From IMG/VR virus record IMGVR_UViG_2706795719_000001, positions 32,001 through 96,000 of that record: a stretch of DNA of 64,000 bases; one strand, given 5' to 3'. The notes beneath the pieces are model-generated. The model saw only the letters and a program-made list of their open reading frames with translations. It searched no databases and had not been told where the DNA came from. A program made the translations under genes and the position numbers. Origin of the DNA: a virus. Its lineage: Duplodnaviria; Caudoviricetes. Positions 35,500 through 43,862 of the stretch are shown in pieces (the first letter of the stretch is position 1; each line of letters starts with the position of its first letter).

Positions 35500-36020
35500 T
35501 ATTTACTAGCATCCATATAAACTTTATAAGCAAATTCTGTTTCTTTGGACGTAAATTCATCGGATCTAGATGATCTAGCTACTTTCATATCATATTTTTC
35601 GGCATAAGATGCAAATTCAGATCTATCTTTAAATCGTAGGCCATTTGTAAAATCTTTATATAATTGGTGCATAAAGGCCGAAAATTTATTTAAGAAATCA
35701 AATTTTCCTTTAACAGGACCGACAACTAAATTAGTTCCGGAAATAGCTTTAACTTTGATATATCTCGTATATTTAGAAATAGCATCCGCGAACGGTCCTT
35801 TAATTTCTTTTGCCCAAATAGACCGATTAAACTGGAATGTCCAATTACCGACTTTTATATCGTTTGCAATATATTCGTAACCCCAGTCTTTATAATCTTT
35901 TAACTTCATTTTATTGAACAAGCTCTGATCGAAATCTCTCTTATTAGGATTTTCTTCAATCATTTCTCTAGTTAATACAGGCTTTTTAGATTCATTCAAA
36001 AATTCATTAAATGTTTTCAT
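35499..36020 (-). CDS. Putative internal head protein at the ipI locus
   Basis: CTS-like MKTFNEFLNE; adjacent to 57B. Confidence 0.7.
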   Translation of the reverse strand: MKTFNEFLNESKKPVLTREMIEENPNKRDFDQSLFNKMKLKDYKDWGYEYIANDIKVGNWTFQFNRSIWAKEIKGPFADAISKYTRYIKVKAISGTNLVVGPVKGKFDFLNKFSAFMHQLYKDFTNGLRFKDRSEFASYAEKYDMKVARSSRSDEFTSKETEFAYKVYMDASK

Positions 36021-36033
36021 TTTTATTCCTAAT

Positions 36034-36077
36034 TTCGATTTAGGAGTATCATATCATCCTAAATCGAATGTGTAAAC
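36034..36077 (-). promoter_or_regulatory. Early promoter inside 12-bp inverted repeat
   Basis: gTTTACA-17-TATGAT; ttcgatttagga/tcctaaatcgaa. Confidence 0.8.
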
Positions 36078-36538
36078 TATAATTTGTCTGTCCAATCCAA
36101 ATCAAGTGGTTCTGTGTATTCATAATCTAAAATGATAGGAATATCAAATGTACCTTCAATTTTAAGTTCTCCAATATCATAGCTCAATGTTATATGTGGA
36201 GAATAATCCGGAAAGTCATGAGTACCACCAATAGCAATACCATAATTATGTCTATAAGTGAGATAATCTGATGTATACTTAAAAACTAAAGCAGATTTAC
36301 CTGACTCAGTTTTCCATGTATCTAAAGTTCCATGATCTGCTAATTTAAAACTGCCTGAACTAGGAACATAAGGAACGTTTACCCTAGAATATAAAATAGT
36401 ACTATGCAATTTTTCTCTAGGAACAGGAAACGGGACCTTTAAATCCCGTTGTAATTGTTCGATTGCATCTAGTGTTAATCCTGAGAACTTGGCACCGACA
36501 TATGTGCCTTTATTATGAATCACTTCTAGGAATTCCAT
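36077..36538 (-). CDS. 57B: gp57B / anti-CBASS 2H phosphodiesterase Acb1
   Basis: Two HxT motifs ([15 protein letters not shown]); GTYVGAKFS; synteny. Confidence 0.92.
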   Translation of the reverse strand: MEFLEVIHNKGTYVGAKFSGLTLDAIEQLQRDLKVPFPVPREKLHSTILYSRVNVPYVPSSGSFKLADHGTLDTWKTESGKSALVFKYTSDYLTYRHNYGIAIGGTHDFPDYSPHITLSYDIGELKIEGTFDIPIILDYEYTEPLDLDWTDKL

Positions 36539-36782
36539 CCGTTTCTACTTCTTCAACACAATCTTGTGGTTTTAAAGCTTCAATAGCATCATAAATATCT
36601 TGAATTTTAACCTGTCCTTCTTGTTCGATTTCTAATAAAGAAATTACATTAGAAATAATAGTTTGAAGTTTTTCTTGTTCTTGCATTAATTCACGAACTT
36701 TGTCTTCTGCGTCAAATGTACGGATTTTAAGAACATTAACTTGGACTTGTAAATTTTCTAATTCAGAGTTTTGAGTATTCAT
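36513..36782 (-). CDS. 57A: Tail fiber chaperone gp57A
   Basis: Acidic coiled coil, LKIRTFD; synteny. Confidence 0.8.
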   Translation of the reverse strand: MNTQNSELENLQVQVNVLKIRTFDAEDKVRELMQEQEKLQTIISNVISLLEIEQEGQVKIQDIYDAIEALKPQDCVEEVETDGIPRSDS

Positions 36783-37422
36783 TTTTTACCTTTTTATAAA
36801 AATCGTCTAAAGAACTATTATTTTCAATAACAATATCACCTTCTAAAATTTGGAGGTCTTGCTCGGTGATATGATTATCATTTGTATTTGTGTTTTTCTT
36901 AATATGGATAACTTTTCCATTATGTAATCTGATTGCTTCTATTTCATGTATCTGTCGACAATCAGTAATAACAATTGTATGGGACTTAGGGATTCTTTTA
37001 TTAATATAATTAAATACTATATCCACCCAATACATTTTATCCATGCTTACAACAATATCTGTTCCAAGGGTCTGTAGGAACTTCCGAATTGTAAATTCAT
37101 TATTATTTATAACAGGGATTTTAGGTGTATCACCTTTAAGTCCATTTCTTTTTAAATGGGCAACACATCTCAACATATAATCTTCAAATTGGTCTTGTGT
37201 CATATCTAATTTAAATTCACGGTCAATACCGTGACCATCAAAATCTTTATAAGACAAATTAACACCATTATAATTTTGCCAATTTATAGACAATGTAAAT
37301 TTTAAATAATCAGCAAAGGCTATTTTGTGACAATATCTATTTTGTTCATCACATAATGATTCAATATAATTTGCACATGTATCTTTACCACTTCTTTTTT
37401 TGCCAGTCAATCCTATAATCAT
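36763..37422 (-). CDS. 1: dNMP kinase gp1
   Basis: GKKRSGKDT, LQTLGTD, DCRQIHE, HITE. Confidence 0.95.
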   Translation of the reverse strand: MIIGLTGKKRSGKDTCANYIESLCDEQNRYCHKIAFADYLKFTLSINWQNYNGVNLSYKDFDGHGIDREFKLDMTQDQFEDYMLRCVAHLKRNGLKGDTPKIPVINNNEFTIRKFLQTLGTDIVVSMDKMYWVDIVFNYINKRIPKSHTIVITDCRQIHEIEAIRLHNGKVIHIKKNTNTNDNHITEQDLQILEGDIVIENNSSLDDFYKKVKNEYSKL

Positions 37423-37425
37423 TTA

Positions 37426-38004
37426 TTACCTCATAGATGGATGTAAATTTCGCCCAATAGAAATTGCTGAATCTTGGATAGACGGACGAGATACTATTAT
37501 TTTGTTATCTTTTTCAATTTCAAAATATTTAAAATTAAAATTAACGGTCATATAAACAGCTGGATCTCCTTCTGTATCATATCCATATTCTATATCAGAA
37601 ATAGAAGAAGGCCAAGCTCCATAATAATTAAAAGATACTAATGATTTCTTTTTATCATTATCTAGTATGTGTAATATGATACCTTCAGGTTGTCCAGAAA
37701 CATCCCAGGCACTATTATTATGAGTAATATAGTTATTTATTGATAACATCCATTTGTATATCTCGATGTACGAGAGGAGCTCCTCATCTAATAATACTTT
37801 AGCTATTAATTCACCGTGTTCTAATGTAGATCCAGGTAAATTTGATCTTCCAAGTCCTTTCGTTCCTAAAGGAACTTCTGTAATAGGTATTCTAACATCT
37901 GGAAGGATAAAGCTTTGAACATTTAGAGTAAAAGCTTCTGTTAATTTACTATCCGGTATATCTATTCTAAAGTTAGTAGAATTAGTTTGATTAAAAAAAC
38001 TCAT
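37426..38004 (-). CDS. 3: Tail tube terminator gp3
   Basis: NQTNSTNF, LPGST, YYGAWP. Confidence 0.93.
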   Translation of the reverse strand: MSFFNQTNSTNFRIDIPDSKLTEAFTLNVQSFILPDVRIPITEVPLGTKGLGRSNLPGSTLEHGELIAKVLLDEELLSYIEIYKWMLSINNYITHNNSAWDVSGQPEGIILHILDNDKKKSLVSFNYYGAWPSSISDIEYGYDTEGDPAVYMTVNFNFKYFEIEKDNKIIVSRPSIQDSAISIGRNLHPSMR

Positions 38005-38019
38005 TATAGTTTCCTTAGT

Positions 38020-38214
38020 TTATTATTTTATTAAAAGTATAGTATATTCTATATAACTATTAAGTAATAAATTAATAACTCTATGTTATTATTAAAATAT
38101 TAAAAATCTGGAGCGCAGCTCCAGAAAATAGTTTCTTCTAGTTATTATTTTATTAAAAGTATAGTATATTCTATATAACTATTAAGTAATAAATTAATAA
38201 CTCCATGTTATTAT
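38020..38214. repeat. AT-rich direct repeat, locus 2 (2 x 73 bp, 122-bp period) with central hairpin
   Basis: 38020-38092 and 38142-38214 (1 mismatch); 57-bp core identical to 6502-6558. Confidence 0.95.
38107..38125. other. GNA-triloop hairpin TCTGGAGC-GCA-GCTCCAGA
   Basis: Perfect 8-bp stem between the two repeat copies. Confidence 0.85.
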
Positions 38215-39029
38215 CTTTTCCAGACTTTAGAAGCAGCAAATCTTGAACCTTGAGACATAAATTGCTGAGTAGGCATAAAAATAATATTAGACCAGTCTTG
38301 AGGCTTAACTTCTATTATTGGTCCTTTAATATGACCTGGTAAATAAGCTTTTATCATTTGATCGGACCCATGCATTCCTCTAACACTACTCCAATTTATT
38401 TTTAGCTTGGTCTTAGATGAAATATTACTTGTAGAGGAAAACCGTTTTAATAATTCTTCTAAAAATGCTTGTCTGGCTTTAGGTGGTATATAATGAAGGT
38501 TTAAACCATATAATAATTGATTACCATTACCTGCTGTTTTCGCACCTAAGAATATAATTAAAGGAAACTTATCCCAATACGGGAGAGTATCTTTATTTTT
38601 GGCATCATAAACATAAGTATAAATCTTACCAATTTCTGGTGTTTTAGTAGTTCTTGTTCTAACACCAGTTTTAATAGTTTCTTTAAACCACTTTATAGAT
38701 TTATTGTTTACTGCTGCACCTTCGTTTCTTATTTTTTTCTTTAAAGTACTTCTAAACTCATTAACTATTGCAAGTTCGCGTTCTCTTCTTGTTAAATTAT
38801 GTTTAGATTTACCTTTAATGGCTTCAACTTCTAAAGCTTCTTTTATTTTATCTGAATACCTGCTCATTGCAGAAGTAAAAGTGCTATATTTTATTCCTTT
38901 ATGTTCTGCAAACTTTTTAGAAGATATACTTCGTCTCACTTTAGAAAATTCAACACCTAATTTAATCCAGTCTTGGGCCGATTTAGGTAATGTTTTTTCT
39001 TCTTCAATTTCAAATATCATCCTTTCCAC
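38211..39029 (-). CDS. 2: DNA end protector gp2
   Basis: YDAKNKDTLPYWDKFPLI, GLNLHYIPPKAR. Confidence 0.96.
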   Translation of the reverse strand: MERMIFEIEEEKTLPKSAQDWIKLGVEFSKVRRSISSKKFAEHKGIKYSTFTSAMSRYSDKIKEALEVEAIKGKSKHNLTRRERELAIVNEFRSTLKKKIRNEGAAVNNKSIKWFKETIKTGVRTRTTKTPEIGKIYTYVYDAKNKDTLPYWDKFPLIIFLGAKTAGNGNQLLYGLNLHYIPPKARQAFLEELLKRFSSTSNISSKTKLKINWSSVRGMHGSDQMIKAYLPGHIKGPIIEVKPQDWSNIIFMPTQQFMSQGSRFAASKVWKR

Positions 39030-39466
39030 CCCATGGTCTTTAATGAGCTTTCAGTCACTATCTTAAATTGTAAATTCATTTTATCCGCTAATTTTTTAGC
39101 AGCTTTCCATTTATCAGAATTAACTTGATATGTATACATTTCTTCCATAAATCGTTTCTTTGCTTTAACTGTGACATTAGCAGGTGGTCTTGGCGGTTGA
39201 GTTTCTTTAAATGGTTTAACTTCAAAAAGGAATTCTTGGCCACTTTTAAACTTAGCCCAGAAATCCATAAAATATCTTCTTTTTTTACCATCTGCATTAC
39301 TAAAATACGGAATTATGACAGTTTCAGAACTCCAAGACACAACATCAGAATTATTATCAAGCCATTTCATAAAAAAATGTTCCCAAGATGATCTATAAGT
39401 TATTTTTCGCCAATCCCCTTTATATTTGTCTTTATTTACTGGCAAAAACTTACCTTTATATGCCAT
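39017..39466 (-). CDS. 4: Head completion nuclease gp4
   Basis: MAYKGKF.P.N..KYKGD, YRSSWE, EVKP. Confidence 0.96.
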   Translation of the reverse strand: MAYKGKFLPVNKDKYKGDWRKITYRSSWEHFFMKWLDNNSDVVSWSSETVIIPYFSNADGKKRRYFMDFWAKFKSGQEFLFEVKPFKETQPPRPPANVTVKAKKRFMEEMYTYQVNSDKWKAAKKLADKMNLQFKIVTESSLKTMGWKG

Positions 39467-39479
39467 AATAGGTCCTCTT

Positions 39480-39504
39480 TATAAATACATATATAATATT
39501 TATA
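39480..39504. promoter_or_regulatory. Opposed late promoters for genes 53 and 4
   Basis: TATAAATA at 39480-39487 (+) and 39497-39504 (-). Confidence 0.85.
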
Positions 39505-39516
39505 ACAGGGGGTAAA

Positions 39517-40068
39517 ATGATATTTTCCTTTTTTGATCCAGTTGAATATAGAGGTAAACCTACAACTAATATATTCAAAAATTATAAAGTATACATAAAA
39601 AGAGTTCTTTCTGATTACAAATTAAAAACATATTACATAAAGGGTTCTCCTAGACCTGAAGAATTAGCAAATACATTATATGGCAATCCACAATTATATT
39701 GGGTTCTTTTAATGATAAATGATAATTATGACCCATTTCATGGTTGGATAAAAGGACAAGAGGCTTCTTATCAAAGCGCTATACAACGCTACGAGAACGC
39801 AGGTGGGCAACAAGTTCTGTACCATATAGATAACAATGGCGAAAGATATTATAACCTTGTAGAAGATCCTGATAACCCTGGCCTTTGGTACGATAAAGGC
39901 GATAAAGATATGGAACACTTGCAATATAATGGGCCTTTGGCTGCTGTAGATATTTTAGAAGATGCCATTCTAAGAAATGAAGAATCACGCGAAATAAAAA
40001 TAATTGACCCAAAAGAAATACAATCATTTATTAGTGCAATTATTAGAGAAATGGAAAAATCATTATGA
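39517..40068 (+). CDS. 53: Baseplate wedge gp53
   Basis: RPEELANTLYGNPQLYWVLL. Confidence 0.96.
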   Translation: MIFSFFDPVEYRGKPTTNIFKNYKVYIKRVLSDYKLKTYYIKGSPRPEELANTLYGNPQLYWVLLMINDNYDPFHGWIKGQEASYQSAIQRYENAGGQQVLYHIDNNGERYYNLVEDPDNPGLWYDKGDKDMEHLQYNGPLAAVDILEDAILRNEESREIKIIDPKEIQSFISAIIREMEKSL

Positions 40069-41795
40069 ATATACAAAATACTTATCTTCAACCATTTTTT
40101 GGTGTTGTTGAAGATCGTATGGACCCAAAAAAATTAGGACGCGTTAGAGTACGTATATATGGTGATCACCCATTTTCAAAAACAAAAGGTGACGTAGCTG
40201 GGTTAGAAACTGAAGATCTTTTATGGTTCCAAGTTCTTTTACCGGCAACATCTGCAACAGAATCTGGAGTAGGCAATTCTCCAACCGGAATATTAGAAGG
40301 CTCTTCAGTCTTTGGTTTATATTTAGACAAATATAAAACTTCTGGCATTGTTTTAGGAACATGGGCAGGTATAAGAACAGAAATGCCTAATTACACTGAA
40401 GGCTTTTCAGACCCAAATCAACAATATCCAACAAAACTTGGGAATGACTTAAATGATTTGTCTTTGGGTGGGAGAATAGGTAGAGAATCTATTGTTAACA
40501 TAATTCAAAATGATAATAGAGAAACTGCGCCGAACCCATCAAATACTCCGGCTGGCGAAGAACCAGAAAATAATAATCCAGTATTAACAATAGAAAAAAT
40601 GTTACAACGGGATGAAGGCTTACGTTTACGTTGGTACCCAGATAATGGATACGCAAGTATAGGTATTGGACATTTAATAAAAGCCCAGAAAACATCAGAC
40701 CCAGATTTAATTAATAAATGGATATCAGAACTAGTTGGAAGAAAGGTTACTAATGGCACAATCACTATGGATGAGTGTATGGCTATTTTTAAATCCGATA
40801 TTAAAAAAGTTAAAGATGGAATAGTTAAGCACCCTACAATAGGACCCATATACAAAAAATGTAATGCTTCTAGGAAAATGGCTTTAGAAAATATGGCTTA
40901 TCAAATGGGCCTTGGTGGATTAGCCAAATTTAAGAAAACTCTAAAATACATGGAAGAAGAGAAATGGGAAGATGCTTATATAAATCTTCAACAATCTTTG
41001 TGGTTTAGACAAACAAAAGGACGAGCGTCAAGGGTTTCTTTGATTATTCGTAATGGTAATTTAGAATCATATGGTGAGAAGACACCTAGTAATGCCAGGG
41101 CATTATCATCACAAAGGAATATAAACATAGAGCCTGAAGATCCTTATGTCCCTAACGATACCAGAGTGATGTTTGAAGAACCAAAAACAGAGTATAACAG
41201 CCAATATCCGTATAATAAAACTTTTGGTACTGAGTCTGGGATGATTCAAGAATTTGACGATACACCTGGTGCCGAACGATATAGATTAACCCATACTTCC
41301 GGGACATACCAAGAAATTTCTCCAGATGGAAGAAATGTTCAGAAAATAATAGGTGATAATTATAAAATTGTTCAACAAGATGACCATATACTTGTTCAAG
41401 GTGATGTTAAATTAGTTATTGGCGGTAATTCTAATGTTTATATAATGGGAACTTTAAACCAAACCATAGATGGAAGTGTTAATCAGACAGTTCGTGGTAA
41501 TGTGGTCCAACATGTCGAAGGAAATGTCAAAGCAACAATAGATCAAACAGCCGATATTCTTGTAAAAGAAGAAGCCATGCTTACTGTAGAAAAAGATGTA
41601 ACAGTTAACGCTAATCAAAATGCAGAAATAAATGTTAAAGAGCAAGCAACTGTTAATGCAGAAAATATTTCTGTTAATGCAGAAAAGAAAATGGAATTTA
41701 AAGCTGAAGATGTTGATTTTAGCGCAGTAAAAACATTTTCTGTTGATTCTGGGGTTCTTACTAAAATTACTGGTGCTAATGTACAGGTGGGATAA
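40065..41795 (+). CDS. 5: Baseplate hub/tail lysozyme gp5
   Basis: OB-fold GVVEDRMDP, lysozyme RDEGLRL, C-terminal beta-helix repeats. Confidence 0.97.
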   Translation: MNIQNTYLQPFFGVVEDRMDPKKLGRVRVRIYGDHPFSKTKGDVAGLETEDLLWFQVLLPATSATESGVGNSPTGILEGSSVFGLYLDKYKTSGIVLGTWAGIRTEMPNYTEGFSDPNQQYPTKLGNDLNDLSLGGRIGRESIVNIIQNDNRETAPNPSNTPAGEEPENNNPVLTIEKMLQRDEGLRLRWYPDNGYASIGIGHLIKAQKTSDPDLINKWISELVGRKVTNGTITMDECMAIFKSDIKKVKDGIVKHPTIGPIYKKCNASRKMALENMAYQMGLGGLAKFKKTLKYMEEEKWEDAYINLQQSLWFRQTKGRASRVSLIIRNGNLESYGEKTPSNARALSSQRNINIEPEDPYVPNDTRVMFEEPKTEYNSQYPYNKTFGTESGMIQEFDDTPGAERYRLTHTSGTYQEISPDGRNVQKIIGDNYKIVQQDDHILVQGDVKLVIGGNSNVYIMGTLNQTIDGSVNQTVRGNVVQHVEGNVKATIDQTADILVKEEAMLTVEKDVTVNANQNAEINVKEQATVNAENISVNAEKKMEFKAEDVDFSAVKTFSVDSGVLTKITGANVQVG

Positions 41796-43861
41796 TGAAC
41801 TATTACGATAAAATAGATGAAGTGGTCTCAAACTTTGTTCATCCATGTGAAAGAGAAGTGCCAGATGGGTTCTATAGACGGGTTAAGTGGGAGCTATATA
41901 ATCCATCAAAAGAAAATAAAGGGCCAGGGAACGGCGAAGAGTGGGATACTGAGATAATAAAAATAGGCACTAGATTATATGACGCGAACCCATTTGGGCA
42001 TAAATCAGAAGAATTCCCGGAACCTTCTGTAGAAGGAGAAGATGAAGAAAAATGCAAATTTTGGTCTAAAAAAATAGGAATATGCTTCAAATCCCAACAA
42101 GAGCTTACTGATTATGTAGAATCTATAGGGTCTAAATTATTACCAGGCAATGATTGGTACGGGGCAGATTTATCTAAATCAAATCTGTTTAAAACACCAC
42201 ATGAATATAAAATGTACCAAATAGAAAACGCTGGTGGGACTTGGTCTAAAACAGGTCCTTCTATTGATAAAAGAACCATGATGATGGTAGACAAGGATTA
42301 TAATATTTCTATCAATTATAATGGCGTTTATGATTCAAGATCCGCTTATTTGAAACATTATGAAGACAAACCATGTACATATGTTGGTATAAGATTAAAC
42401 CTTGATGTAGATTTAAGTGTACCAGGAATACCTGAATCAGAACCTCCTACAATTGAAGGACTTCCACCTGAATTACCTGCATTAATGTTTGCAGCAAGAA
42501 GTTTACCTGCAATTGGATGTATTCCATTTAAAGCTAAATTTCCGTATAATGGATTATCACAAGCAATAGTTGAAGCATGGAATGAATCTAGAAGATCTTT
42601 TAAATTAATATGGGCAGATATTCCTGGCTTACCTGAAGGCGAAGGTTCTATCTGGAGTACCATGTATTCTGGTGTGTCTATTGCTATGGAAGAACTTGGT
42701 AATGCTGCATTGGGTATGTGCCAATATGTCCAACAAATGGCTTGGCTATCATTTAAAGAAGTTATTTCACAAGCATTAAACATTGTTGGTGGTGGTTGGG
42801 ATTTATTAAAATCATTTATTCCTAAAGTAACTATTCTTGGAATAACTTTTGACATAGAAGATATATGTACTTCAGGTAATGGGTTACAAAAATTAAAAGA
42901 AGCTTTTTCTAAATTTGATACAGAAAAAGTAATAGAAGGAATATATGCATTTATAGGAAGTGCCTACGAATATTCTGTAGAGTATGTGAAGGTATTTTCA
43001 AGAGACTTAATAGATGCTTTAACAGATTTATACGACTATTTGTGGTATGTTTTAATGACCGCTGGTGTAGCTTTATGCAAAACCCTTGTTAATTTAGCAG
43101 AAATTTGGTCCATTCCACCATGGATTCCAAACCCATTATGGAATGTTGTGATTGCAGTAAAAGAACTAATGAAACAAATAGAACCATTAGATATGATTCT
43201 TAAAGGTGGATTTCCTGGATTTACTGCTTCAGATTTATATTACATGGTAGAACGAAAAGTCAAAGAACTTATTGATGAAGCATACACCAAAATAGAATCT
43301 TTAAAAAATCAAGCCATTAAATTATGGGAACAAGTAAAAGAGGCAAAAGACAAGTGGCAAAAAGAATCTATAGGATTTAAACAATACCTTAAAGGCATGT
43401 ATGGCGCTGTCAGTGAAGAACTTACTCGTCAAAAAGAAGCTTTAGTACAAGAAGCAAAAGATATATACGAAAATTTATTAGCTAAATATGAAGCATTAAA
43501 TATAAATATAGACACACTTAAAGCTTCTGTTTCTAATGTACTTGAATTAGCATTAAATGAATTAAGAAATCTTCCTATAGTAGCCCAAATAGAACAACTT
43601 CTTTCATTAATAGGAACTTCATTTGATGAGATGATAACCACTATTAAAAATAGTATAACTGGTGCTCAATCATTATATAAAAACTTTACAGATGGAAGTC
43701 GATCACTAAAAGATATATGTAAATATATCTTCAGTCAAATTTCTACATTATCTTTGAGTAAAGTTACTCAATGGATTAATAAATTATTGAGTATATTCGG
43801 TTTAGAAATTAAATTTCCTGAATTAGAACTGTGTATACCATACGTAAAATACGAGGAATAA
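41795..43861 (+). CDS. 688-aa uncharacterised late protein in place of gp5.1/gp5.4
   Basis: TAATG-coupled to gene 5, ends 1 nt before gene 6; hydrophobic/amphipathic helical C-terminal half. Confidence 0.8.
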   Translation: MNYYDKIDEVVSNFVHPCEREVPDGFYRRVKWELYNPSKENKGPGNGEEWDTEIIKIGTRLYDANPFGHKSEEFPEPSVEGEDEEKCKFWSKKIGICFKSQQELTDYVESIGSKLLPGNDWYGADLSKSNLFKTPHEYKMYQIENAGGTWSKTGPSIDKRTMMMVDKDYNISINYNGVYDSRSAYLKHYEDKPCTYVGIRLNLDVDLSVPGIPESEPPTIEGLPPELPALMFAARSLPAIGCIPFKAKFPYNGLSQAIVEAWNESRRSFKLIWADIPGLPEGEGSIWSTMYSGVSIAMEELGNAALGMCQYVQQMAWLSFKEVISQALNIVGGGWDLLKSFIPKVTILGITFDIEDICTSGNGLQKLKEAFSKFDTEKVIEGIYAFIGSAYEYSVEYVKVFSRDLIDALTDLYDYLWYVLMTAGVALCKTLVNLAEIWSIPPWIPNPLWNVVIAVKELMKQIEPLDMILKGGFPGFTASDLYYMVERKVKELIDEAYTKIESLKNQAIKLWEQVKEAKDKWQKESIGFKQYLKGMYGAVSEELTRQKEALVQEAKDIYENLLAKYEALNINIDTLKASVSNVLELALNELRNLPIVAQIEQLLSLIGTSFDEMITTIKNSITGAQSLYKNFTDGSRSLKDICKYIFSQISTLSLSKVTQWINKLLSIFGLEIKFPELELCIPYVKYEE

Positions 43862-43862
43862 A

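Noticed and set aside
38020-38214. Repeats as a CRISPR mini-array
   Set aside because: Only two long, extremely AT-rich copies per locus, unequal spacing between loci, no cas genes in the window
1498-39391. Plus-strand ORFs within the minus-strand region (e.g. 1498, 3592, 7522, 18478, 26989, 38704)
   Set aside because: Antisense shadows of well-supported genes, with no recognisable motifs
40590-40670. gp5 lysozyme active-site change (DNGYAS versus T4 DTEGYPT)
   Set aside because: Catalytic Glu and Asp are retained and Thr to Ser is conservative; no evidence of inactivation
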